In this document: positions 47,084-55,374 of the stretch, in pieces
Numbering within the stretch: position 1 is the stretch's first letter
Layout: each line of letters starts with the position of its first letter
NCBI GenBank assembly: GCA_963836235.1
Contig: CAWIIP010000004.1
Coordinates: 192,001-256,000 of the forward strand
Source of the DNA: an uncultured Pseudomonadota bacterium
GTDB lineage: Bacteria; Oederibacteriota; Muellerivitia; Muellerivitales; Muellerivitaceae
DNA length: 64,000 nucleotides
Direction: 5' to 3'
Notes under the pieces: model-generated
The model's database searches: none
Seen by the model: the letters and a program-made list of their open reading frames with translations, nothing else
Told to the model about the DNA's origin: nothing
Position numbers and translations under genes: made by a program

Positions 47084-49647
47084 GAAATTTCTTCATACCA
47101 AAAAAGAAGCCAGATTCAGTAGCGGGACTACTCAGGATAAAAGCAGTCGGACCGGGTTACATCGTTTTAAGGAATCCTGAGCAATATGTCTCAATATTTA
47201 GGATTGCGGGAGGGTTGAATCCTTGGATGGAAGACCCGGATGTTTTGGGGGAGAAAATCCGAAAGCTTGATTCAATCCTATCGGATTTGAGAAGAGGCGA
47301 GGAAGTCCAATTCCTGACTAAAAGAATTAAGGCTGATGCTGAATCCGCGATTGAAAAATTTGACGAAAGGATTCACGACAATGCCCCAGAGGTTTTCAGG
47401 AACCAATACCCAGAGTTTTTTCGGAATTGGCTAAGACAGTTTTATGACCAACAGAAAATATGTCATTACCGGTCCTATGTCCTATTTACCATCCCGCCAC
47501 CCCGATCTTCAAAACCCACCAAGGATTTTTTGAAGATTGAGGAAGTGCTTCGAAGGGGGAAATCCTGGGCATCCCAACTCAATATGGTCGGAATGGATGT
47601 TCAGGAACCAACGGAAGAGGAGATTTACTCACTTCTTTTTGAGGAATTATCCCAACAACCTTTTTATGGGAATCCCCAAAGATTCAAGAATGCCGTTGGA
47701 GTTTCTGGGGGGGACTATGGTTTACAAACATTAAGAGAAATGTTGACCACCTATCCGTGGGATTTTAGGGAACCAACTTACTTCAAGGTTGGGGATGTCT
47801 TTGGCAAAACCCTTTATGTGACTGAATTCCCATCTTTCAACGAAGAAAACCTTTTCTTCCAGGAGCTTTACGAACAAACCGATGATTTCAAAATCTCTCT
47901 TTTTGTGAAGGGAGTAGACATCTTCCGGGCTCAATCAATCGTGGAAAAACAAATTCAAGCCGACCAAGGGGCTATTTGGAAAAGAAAGAACGTGATGAAT
48001 TTCGATGCGAAAGCGGCTTTGGATTATCGCCAAAGCGTTCTCGAGCTTGTATCGGAAAGAAGAACATCCCTCGCAAAGTTTTCCCTCTACGTGACCCTCT
48101 TTTCCGACAATTCCAAAAAACTTATGACCAGTTTCGAGAGTTTGACCAGGATGTTCAAGAACGTCCATCCCTTATCAGGTTACGGCGAACAGAAGAGGCT
48201 TTTTCTTTCGACTATCCCGCAGGCAACCGATGAAGCTGGACATGAACACCTTCAAGCCACGGCTGTCATCGCAAACGCGATCCCCTGTCTTTATGACCCC
48301 ATTGCAGATACGGACGGTGTCCCAATCGGGAAAACACTTTCCGGCGAAATGGTTCAATTAAATTTGTGGGGGAGGGAAACGGAAAACTGGAACGTCCTGG
48401 TAGTTGGGTCTTCCGGCACGGGAAAGTCTTTCAGCATCAACCAACTGCTTATAAAAAACCTGCCCATGAACCCCTACGTCATGATTATCGATAAATCCCA
48501 ATCTTATAAAACCCTGTGCAGGCTGGCTGGTGGTCGCTATTTGAATTATGACTTGGATAGCTCCCATCACTTGAACATCTTCGACTATCCCCTTGATGAG
48601 GTTAAGGCGCTAGACGGTGAAATCGATCCCGATCATATCGCCAACATCATCATGTATTTGGGAGTAGTCCTTGCGAATATCAAGGATAACCGGATTGAGG
48701 AAGCCGAGGAGTTGGACAAAGCCCTTCTCCAAGAAGCCGTAAAACAAACCTATAAGAACACCATCGGGGAGAACAGAGTTCCTCTCTTGAGGGATTTAAG
48801 GGAAACACTTTTCAAAATGGCCGATGACAAGAAAGTACCGGCCCAATTCCAATACATTTGCCGGAAACAATCGGAAGTTTTGAAACTCTTCACCGGAAAG
48901 GGAATGTACGCCAACCTAACCGACCGGGAATCGACCGTCAACGCGGACAATTCATTCATCGTTTTCGATACATCCGGGATAAGTGATAACGACAAAAAGG
49001 CCGTAGGATTGGCGGTCTTTGTTATCTCCAATTACTGCCTTAATAAGGCAAAGCAGAACAAAGAATTAAACCGCCTTTCCCAATTGGCGATGGATGAATG
49101 CTGGTATTTAGCTCAGTATCCCGCAGGCCTAGCCTTCCTATTAAGAATCGCAAAGACCGCCCGGCATTTACGGCTCCAACCCATTTTCGCCACCCAAGAA
49201 ATTGGAGAGTTTTTCGGGGTGAAGGGTGTTGAAGCAATCCTCAAGAACACTTCCACAAAAATACTCTTAAAGCTGGTCGGGGACGACATCGACCACGCAA
49301 AAGGACTCCTTCAGTTAAATCCAACCCAAGTTGAGAAGGTGATGAACCTCCATTTGGTTAAGGGTGTCTATTCCCAAGCCTTGATCCACCAAACTCTTCG
49401 GCAGGGAATCGTGAACATTTTTCCCGATGAATTGGCTTATCACATCGCAACGACTTATGGCCCGGAAGCGGCAGTCCGTGACCATTACCTTGAAACCTAT
49501 TCGAGCGAGGAAGACCCATTAACGACTTTGGGAGCAATCAGCAAATGGATTGAGGACAAGGAAAACAACTGTGTTTTGAAACCAATCGTTAGGGAACAGG
49601 ACAAATTGCCCATAGTCAAAAAGGCGGAAGAGGTAGTGATGAAATGA
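47080..49647 (+). CDS. virB4: VirB4-like conjugation ATPase
   Basis: 855 aa; GSSGTGKS, IIDK, MDECW, KTARH, ATQ. Confidence 0.9.
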   Translation: MRNFFIPKKKPDSVAGLLRIKAVGPGYIVLRNPEQYVSIFRIAGGLNPWMEDPDVLGEKIRKLDSILSDLRRGEEVQFLTKRIKADAESAIEKFDERIHDNAPEVFRNQYPEFFRNWLRQFYDQQKICHYRSYVLFTIPPPRSSKPTKDFLKIEEVLRRGKSWASQLNMVGMDVQEPTEEEIYSLLFEELSQQPFYGNPQRFKNAVGVSGGDYGLQTLREMLTTYPWDFREPTYFKVGDVFGKTLYVTEFPSFNEENLFFQELYEQTDDFKISLFVKGVDIFRAQSIVEKQIQADQGAIWKRKNVMNFDAKAALDYRQSVLELVSERRTSLAKFSLYVTLFSDNSKKLMTSFESLTRMFKNVHPLSGYGEQKRLFLSTIPQATDEAGHEHLQATAVIANAIPCLYDPIADTDGVPIGKTLSGEMVQLNLWGRETENWNVLVVGSSGTGKSFSINQLLIKNLPMNPYVMIIDKSQSYKTLCRLAGGRYLNYDLDSSHHLNIFDYPLDEVKALDGEIDPDHIANIIMYLGVVLANIKDNRIEEAEELDKALLQEAVKQTYKNTIGENRVPLLRDLRETLFKMADDKKVPAQFQYICRKQSEVLKLFTGKGMYANLTDRESTVNADNSFIVFDTSGISDNDKKAVGLAVFVISNYCLNKAKQNKELNRLSQLAMDECWYLAQYPAGLAFLLRIAKTARHLRLQPIFATQEIGEFFGVKGVEAILKNTSTKILLKLVGDDIDHAKGLLQLNPTQVEKVMNLHLVKGVYSQALIHQTLRQGIVNIFPDELAYHIATTYGPEAAVRDHYLETYSSEEDPLTTLGAISKWIEDKENNCVLKPIVREQDKLPIVKKAEEVVMK

Positions 49648-50243
49648 CGGAACCGAACGAAAAAGATGATTTGAAATTCTTGGAAAAGTTGGATGAGGAA
49701 CCGAAGAAATCTGGTTACACCCCCGCGATTCTTGTCGCTATTGCGTTTGTTGGGCTTGGAATCGCGACGACTCTTTTATGGGGAAGAACGAAGATTTTGA
49801 ATTCCCCTAAAACCGACGTATCGAACACAACGGATCAACAAGCGGTAAGCCAGGAGGCTCAATATTCCGACATCATAAACTTCGCCGAAAAATTCACAAT
49901 CATGGTTTTCAACGTGAACTATACCGATATCAACCACCAGGAAGACAAAGTGGCAAACCTTATGAGCGACAACATGATGTCTTACTACCAGGATGCTTTT
50001 CTTGACCCTAAATGGATTGCCTTCATTACAGACAATAAGGCCTATGTGACCTACCAGGGAATTGAACGGTCAACGGTCGAGAACACCGATGGAACCCACT
50101 ATTGGGTCCGGGTGATTGGTAAATGCCTCTACAACTCCGATACCAGAGGGTTTGGCTCCCAGATTGAATTGCCGTTTCACCTGGTAGTTGTCGTCAAGAA
50201 GGACAACGGAAAACTAATCATTACGGATTTTCAAAGGTTATAG
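49644..50243 (+). CDS. VirB8/TcpC-like protein
   Basis: Paralog of 1323-1919. Confidence 0.55.
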   Translation: MTEPNEKDDLKFLEKLDEEPKKSGYTPAILVAIAFVGLGIATTLLWGRTKILNSPKTDVSNTTDQQAVSQEAQYSDIINFAEKFTIMVFNVNYTDINHQEDKVANLMSDNMMSYYQDAFLDPKWIAFITDNKAYVTYQGIERSTVENTDGTHYWVRVIGKCLYNSDTRGFGSQIELPFHLVVVVKKDNGKLIITDFQRL

Positions 50244-50245
50244 CG

Positions 50246-50590
50246 ATGGAAGATCTTATTTTACGGATTAATCCTCAAATTGCTCGGCGCTACCTGCAAG
50301 CGGCCAATTTTTACTTTGTGACCGATAGTTATCTTGATGCTTTGAAAAAATTTGAAGGCCTTTTGGTTGGACACGAAAAGGAAGGGTATTCCGAAACGCC
50401 TTGGATATATGCCAAGTTCAAAAAGCCTAACCTCGTTTTAAAAACCATAAATCGAATCAACGAATTCTTTCCAACCTTCACAAAAAGAATTGCCTTTGTC
50501 GCTAGAGCCCAATTTTTACTTGGGATTTACCTGTTTTATGTCAAAGACGACCACGGAAAGTTAATCATCACGGATTTTAAAAGGCTTTGA
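50246..50590 (+). CDS. Chimeric ORF: TPR-GGDEF N-terminus fused to VirB8-like C-terminus
   Basis: Starts MEDLILRINPQIARR (cf MEDNVLQINPELARR); ends KDDHGKLIITDFKRL (cf KKDNGKLIITDFQRL). Confidence 0.7.
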   Translation: MEDLILRINPQIARRYLQAANFYFVTDSYLDALKKFEGLLVGHEKEGYSETPWIYAKFKKPNLVLKTINRINEFFPTFTKRIAFVARAQFLLGIYLFYVKDDHGKLIITDFKRL

Positions 50591-50593
50591 TCG

Positions 50594-52066
50594 ATGGAAG
50601 ATAACGTATTGCAGATAAACCCGGAATTAGCCCGAAGATGCCTTCAATCTGCCCATCTATATATGGAAACAAACCGTTACCGTGAGGCCTTGAAGCTTTT
50701 TGATGACGTTATTGGCAAATACCAACCCCAAAACATTGAAGCCCATCTGGAATCGGCAAAGATTTATGCCAAGTTCAAAAAGCCTAATTCCATATTAAAG
50801 GTAATAACCCGTCTCCATAATTTCGCTGAAAAAACTCCCGAAAGTCTTGTCTTGCTTGGTAGAGCCCAATTTTTTCTTGAGCTTTATAGCGATTGCGAAG
50901 AAACGCTTAAAGAAATCTTTTTCAAGACGAGAGACTTTCCCGAAGCAGTCGCCTTGGAAGGGGAATTGTGTATCCATACCGGGAAATACGAAGCCGCGAT
51001 CGAAAAGTTTGAAAGTTTAAGCACTAGATATCCCAAGAATTACAACTATCTAGCCCTTTTGGCCCTTGCCCAATATGTAGGCGGACGATACCACCGAACA
51101 ATTACCAATTGCACCACGATCATGAAAACCGGGTTTGCCGATCCCAAAGTCACGAAATTGTACGAAATGGCGAGAAAAAAGAAACGCCGCGAGGCTTTGG
51201 GAAAGTTGAGGAAGGTTAAACCCCTCAAGTGGCTTTTTGCCCAATTGTTTGACCCGTTTTTGGAAAGCGAAATGCGGGCTGAATCTCAAAGCCAAACAAC
51301 ACATGAAGATCTTGTTCAAGAAACATTGGTGGACCATAGAACGGGCCTTTTTAATGACCGGGCCGCTACACAACAAATACCCGCCCTTGCCGCCCGGAGG
51401 AAGTCCCAATTCTTCTTGACCATGGCCGATATCGACTTTTTCAAATCTTTCAACGACGTCCATTACAACCATCAGGTCGGAAACGCTGTTTTAAAAGCCC
51501 TCGCAAAGGCGGGACAGAAAATATTCTCAAAAAACAATATTTGGCGATATGGCGGGGAAGAGATTGTTTGGGCCTTGGACACATCCGAAGACCAAGCAAT
51601 CGAAAAAGCGGAACAATTCAGGAAGTATTGCGAAGAAAGCGTGGTTGAAGAAGCAAATGAGATTATCAAGAAAGAAGGAATTAAACATTTTGCGGACGGC
51701 CTAGATCATAAAAAAGATGAGGTCTTCTATATCTACTATCCCGTAACCATCAGCCAAGCCATTGTTCAATGGGGTGAAGACGGGACAAACCTGGAAAGCG
51801 TACTAACGGCGGCGGATAAGGGCCTCTATACCGCAAAGGAAAGCGGTCGAAATGCGGTGGTCTATAGGGGAGCCCTAAAGAGTAGCGGGAAACGCCCTAT
51901 TAAGTACACTCCTGAAATCCTCGGAATTCTCCATGAACAATCCATCAAAAAAGGTTCGCCCCATTGGTGGGCTCACATTAAAGGTCTTTCCGAGAAGGCA
52001 CGGGAAGAAGCCCTTGAATACGCAAGGAACACTTTAAGCAACAAGGAGGTACCCTCCAAAAAATAA
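50594..52066 (+). CDS. TPR-repeat GGDEF protein
   Basis: Paralog of 1916-3394; DIDFFKSFND, RYGGEEI. Confidence 0.88.
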   Translation: MEDNVLQINPELARRCLQSAHLYMETNRYREALKLFDDVIGKYQPQNIEAHLESAKIYAKFKKPNSILKVITRLHNFAEKTPESLVLLGRAQFFLELYSDCEETLKEIFFKTRDFPEAVALEGELCIHTGKYEAAIEKFESLSTRYPKNYNYLALLALAQYVGGRYHRTITNCTTIMKTGFADPKVTKLYEMARKKKRREALGKLRKVKPLKWLFAQLFDPFLESEMRAESQSQTTHEDLVQETLVDHRTGLFNDRAATQQIPALAARRKSQFFLTMADIDFFKSFNDVHYNHQVGNAVLKALAKAGQKIFSKNNIWRYGGEEIVWALDTSEDQAIEKAEQFRKYCEESVVEEANEIIKKEGIKHFADGLDHKKDEVFYIYYPVTISQAIVQWGEDGTNLESVLTAADKGLYTAKESGRNAVVYRGALKSSGKRPIKYTPEILGILHEQSIKKGSPHWWAHIKGLSEKAREEALEYARNTLSNKEVPSKK

Positions 52067-52105
52067 TTTATGGCGTTGGTCTAAAACAAAAAAAGGAGAA
52101 AGAAC

Positions 52106-52408
52106 ATGGGCTTAAAAGTCAGGATTACCAGGATGTATCCGTATGACGGGGAACACACGAAGGCTTTTGTGGGGGCCAAGGTCCTAATATCCGGGCGTGT
52201 CTTTGGTTACAACGAATTGACACTTGTGAAAAAGAAGGAAGGCAATGGTTTGTTTCTTGGTCTTCCCTCAAGACCCGGAAGACAGGAGGGGGAATACCAC
52301 GACATTTGTTATATGGACCCGAACACTCGGAAGGAAATTGAAAAAATCGCCATTTTGGAATACGAAAAAAAGGTAAAGGAAAACAAAACCTCGGAAAAAC
52401 AGGATTAA
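52106..52408 (+). CDS. SpoVG-like protein
   Basis: GLFLGLPSR..GEYHDICY. Confidence 0.72.
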   Translation: MGLKVRITRMYPYDGEHTKAFVGAKVLISGRVFGYNELTLVKKKEGNGLFLGLPSRPGRQEGEYHDICYMDPNTRKEIEKIAILEYEKKVKENKTSEKQD

Positions 52409-52466
52409 GTGAGAAGCAATTCTTTCCATTTCAAAAACCGTTTTAAGGGTCTGGCGGAGGGAAATC

Positions 52467-52742
52467 ATGTCCGAACGTAGAAGTGGAGACAGGCGGAATA
52501 AGATTCAAAATCGCCTTTTGAGCGACAAACAGGTCGCTGAATTGGCAGGGGTTCCGGTCAATACCGTTCGTAAGTGGAGACAGATTGGAACCCTACCCTT
52601 TGTCAAAGTCGGTCGTCATCCGAGGGTTTGGATGTCGGAATTCGAAAAAACTTTCCATCAGCCAAAACCAAATGGCCCTTGGGAACAAATCCCTGATGAT
52701 GGTAAAATGCCAGGTGCTGGGAACATTAGGAGGAAGTTATGA
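52467..52742 (+). CDS. Excisionase-like HTH protein
   Basis: LLSDKQVAELAGVPVNTVRKWRQIGTLPFVKVGRHPR; ATGA overlap with int. Confidence 0.8.
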   Translation: MSERRSGDRRNKIQNRLLSDKQVAELAGVPVNTVRKWRQIGTLPFVKVGRHPRVWMSEFEKTFHQPKPNGPWEQIPDDGKMPGAGNIRRKL

Positions 52743-53848
52743 GCAAGCCTAATGTTCATGGATTGCCTTCGCATCTTCGTAAGGATGCGGAGGGTTATTT
52801 TTTGGACTACTTTATCCAGGAAGGCGGTTTGAAAAAAAGGAAAAGAGTCCGGTTGGGCCACGTACCTTTGGCCCAGGCCAAAAAGATCCTCGCTCAAAAC
52901 ATGACGGATATGTTGGAGCAAAGGTTTTTGGAGGTTGACCGGAAAAAGGTGACTTTTAACGAAGCCGCCGATTCCTTCTTGGCTTATTCCCAGGGCAGGA
53001 AAAAGAGCCACCGAAACGACATTCCAATTGTCGCGAGGTTCAAGGCTTTTTTTGGAAACCGGTACCTGGAAAGTTTGACCCTGGACCATTTGGAGTCGTA
53101 CATTCTCCGAAGGCAAAGGGAAGGCCAAGTGAACCACAAGGGGAAACCCTTGTCGGGAACCACCTTGAACAAGGAAATCGCCTGCCTCAAGACGATTATC
53201 CATAGGGCTATTCGAAACGGCCAAATAGACCGTGATCCGATAGTCGGTATTAAAAAGTTCAAGGAAATTCCGCGGGATAGGACTCTTTCGCCAGAGGAGT
53301 GTCAGGGACTTCTCGTGGCTTGTTCCAACCACCTGCGGCCCATCGTCCAATTGGGTTATTCAACTGGAATGAGGTGCGGGGAAATACTAGGTTTGAGGTG
53401 GGAGCAAGTGGACTTTAAGAATAAAGTGATATTCTTAGAGGCTTTGGACACAAAGACCCAGGAAAAGAGGGAAGTACCGCTGAGCGAGGCTTTAGTAAGG
53501 CTTCTTCAGAATGTTCCCAAGACTCTTGGTAGTCCTTATGTGTTCACCTATAGAGGGAAGCGAATGGTCAGCGTGAAGACAGCTTTCAAAATAGCGTGCC
53601 GAAGGGCTGGGGTTGAGAATTTCAGGTTCCATGACCTCAGGCATTGTTCGGTCACGAATATGAGGAAAGCGGGGGTTAGTGACAACGTCACCATGTCGAT
53701 TCACGGTCATAAGTCAGGCGCAGTATTTAGGAGATATGACCGGGTAGACAGGGAAGACCGCCACAAGGCCCTTGGAAAAGTTGAAAGTTTGATTGACACG
53801 CATATGACACTCGTGGAAAATCAGTCTCCCCTTGAAGGGAGTAAGTAA
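52739..53848 (+). CDS. int: Tyrosine recombinase/integrase
   Basis: TGMRCGE, FHDLRH, GHK, RRY; adjacent to att. Confidence 0.93.
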   Translation: MSKPNVHGLPSHLRKDAEGYFLDYFIQEGGLKKRKRVRLGHVPLAQAKKILAQNMTDMLEQRFLEVDRKKVTFNEAADSFLAYSQGRKKSHRNDIPIVARFKAFFGNRYLESLTLDHLESYILRRQREGQVNHKGKPLSGTTLNKEIACLKTIIHRAIRNGQIDRDPIVGIKKFKEIPRDRTLSPEECQGLLVACSNHLRPIVQLGYSTGMRCGEILGLRWEQVDFKNKVIFLEALDTKTQEKREVPLSEALVRLLQNVPKTLGSPYVFTYRGKRMVSVKTAFKIACRRAGVENFRFHDLRHCSVTNMRKAGVSDNVTMSIHGHKSGAVFRRYDRVDREDRHKALGKVESLIDTHMTLVENQSPLEGSK

Positions 53849-53911
53849 TGCAAAACCCTTTTGTGGAAAGGGTTTTGCAAGATGGAACGTAGATTGTAAA
53901 AAGTTGAGCTA

Positions 53912-53966
53912 GCCGCCTTGTAAGCGGCAGGTCACCGGTCCGATTCCGGTCGCCAGCTCCATTTTT
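53912..53966 (+). repeat. att core, copy 2: tRNA-Thr(TGT) 3' fragment including full anticodon arm
   Basis: GCCGC-CTTGTAA-GCGGC anticodon arm, T-arm, CCA; no 5' acceptor strand upstream. Confidence 0.92.
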
Positions 53967-54163
53967 CAAATTCATGTTGTTAATAGAAATTAAAAGCCTT
54001 TGTTTGCAATGACTTTAACCAGTTTTGCAGACAAGGGCTTTTTCATGTAACGGCAACAAAGCCACTCAAAGAATAACAAGAAGCCCATGACAACCGGTGA
54101 AGAAAAGCCCAATGAATAGGTTTCCGGAAGCGGAATTTGCGTCCGGAAACCATGGCCAATGGC

Positions 54164-55240
54164 CTAAGCCTTAAGGATGACTTTCAAGGCATTTTCTTTC
54201 GCCGCGTTGCCGAAAGTGTCATAGGCCTTCATGACGTCGGAGAGGGCGAACTTATGGGTTCCCATCCTCTTGGCGTCCAGCTTCCCGGACTGCAACACCT
54301 TCAACAGCATGGGCGTGGTCACCGTGTCCACCAGGCGGGTGGTGATGGCCATGTTGCGGTCCCAAAGCTTTTCCAGGTGCAACTCGGCGGATTTGCCGTG
54401 AACCCCGATGTTGGCGATCCTTCCGCCGGGCGCGATGATGTTTTGGCAGGTCTCGAAGGAAGAAGGGACTCCGACGGCCTCAATGGCCACATCCACCCCA
54501 TCGCCATGGGTCAGCAACCTCACTCGCTCCTCCACGTTCTCGTCCTTGAAATTAATGGTATGGGTCGCCCCGAAAGTGCGGGCCACCTGGAGCCGGTTAT
54601 CATCCTGGTCGATCAGGATGAGCTGGGCGGGGGAATAGAACTGGGCGGTTAAGAGCGCGGCCAAGCCGATGGGGCCGGAGCCGACGATGGCTACCGTATC
54701 CCCTGGTTTCACCTGGCCATTGATCACACCGCACTCGAAGCCGGTAGGGAAGATATCCGACAGCATGACGATGGCTTCTTCGTCGATCCCCTCGGGCGCG
54801 TGGTAAAGGCTGTTATCCGCGTGGGGAACGCGGACATATTGGGCTTGGGTTCCGTCAATCATGTTTCCTAATATCCAACCACCGTTGCGGCAATGGGAAT
54901 ACATCCCCTTTTTGCAATAATCGCATTTGCCACAGGACGTGATGCAGGAGACCAGAACCTTATCCCCTTTTTTGAATTGGGTGACGCCAGCACCGATTTC
55001 CTCCACGACCCCGACGCCCTCATGGCCCAGGATACGACCATCGGTCACGGTGGGTACGTCACCCTTCATGATGTGGAGGTCGGTTCCGCAAATGGTAGAA
55101 GTGGTGATACGGACAATGGCGTCGGTGGTTTCCTTGATGGCTGGTTTTGGCTTTTCCTCCCAAGCCCTTTGACCGGGTCCGTGATAAACCAGTGCCTTCA
55201 TGGTGGTCGTGGTTTTTTCTTCCTTGATCATCGTCTTCAT
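54164..55240 (-). CDS. Zinc-dependent alcohol dehydrogenase (MDR family)
   Basis: ICGTDLH, GHEGVG, CGKCDYC..C, GSGPIG. Confidence 0.93.
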   Translation of the reverse strand: MKTMIKEEKTTTTMKALVYHGPGQRAWEEKPKPAIKETTDAIVRITTSTICGTDLHIMKGDVPTVTDGRILGHEGVGVVEEIGAGVTQFKKGDKVLVSCITSCGKCDYCKKGMYSHCRNGGWILGNMIDGTQAQYVRVPHADNSLYHAPEGIDEEAIVMLSDIFPTGFECGVINGQVKPGDTVAIVGSGPIGLAALLTAQFYSPAQLILIDQDDNRLQVARTFGATHTINFKDENVEERVRLLTHGDGVDVAIEAVGVPSSFETCQNIIAPGGRIANIGVHGKSAELHLEKLWDRNMAITTRLVDTVTTPMLLKVLQSGKLDAKRMGTHKFALSDVMKAYDTFGNAAKENALKVILKA

Positions 55241-55306
55241 GGCTACTCCTCCTCTGAACGAATCATTAACTTCAACATTAACCTATTCCTAAAAACCTCG
55301 GCTTCA

Positions 55307-55322
55307 TATGACTGAGGTCATA
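55307..55322. promoter_or_regulatory. Palindromic Crp/Fnr-like site
   Basis: TATGACTGAGGTCATA; near-identical copy at 58803-58818. Confidence 0.6.
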
Positions 55323-55374
55323 CCTTGAGGTGGCCTTGATCCCTATCATGAAATCGAAAGCCTAAAAGAGGAGG

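Larger units (their letters stand above)
5213..53966 (+). mobile_element. Complete ~48.7-kb ICE (element 2) bounded by tRNA-Thr direct repeats
   Basis: 50-bp direct repeats, integrase/xis at the right end, T4CP, T4SS operon, ardC, umuDC, defence cargo. Confidence 0.9.

Noticed and set aside
53880-53961. Complete tRNA-Thr gene
   Set aside because: The 3' acceptor strand CGCCAGC needs a 5' GCTGGCG, which is absent, and there is no D-arm; this is an att fragment (same for 5213-5257)
5213-53966. Prophage
   Set aside because: No terminase, capsid, tail or lysis genes; conjugation genes are present
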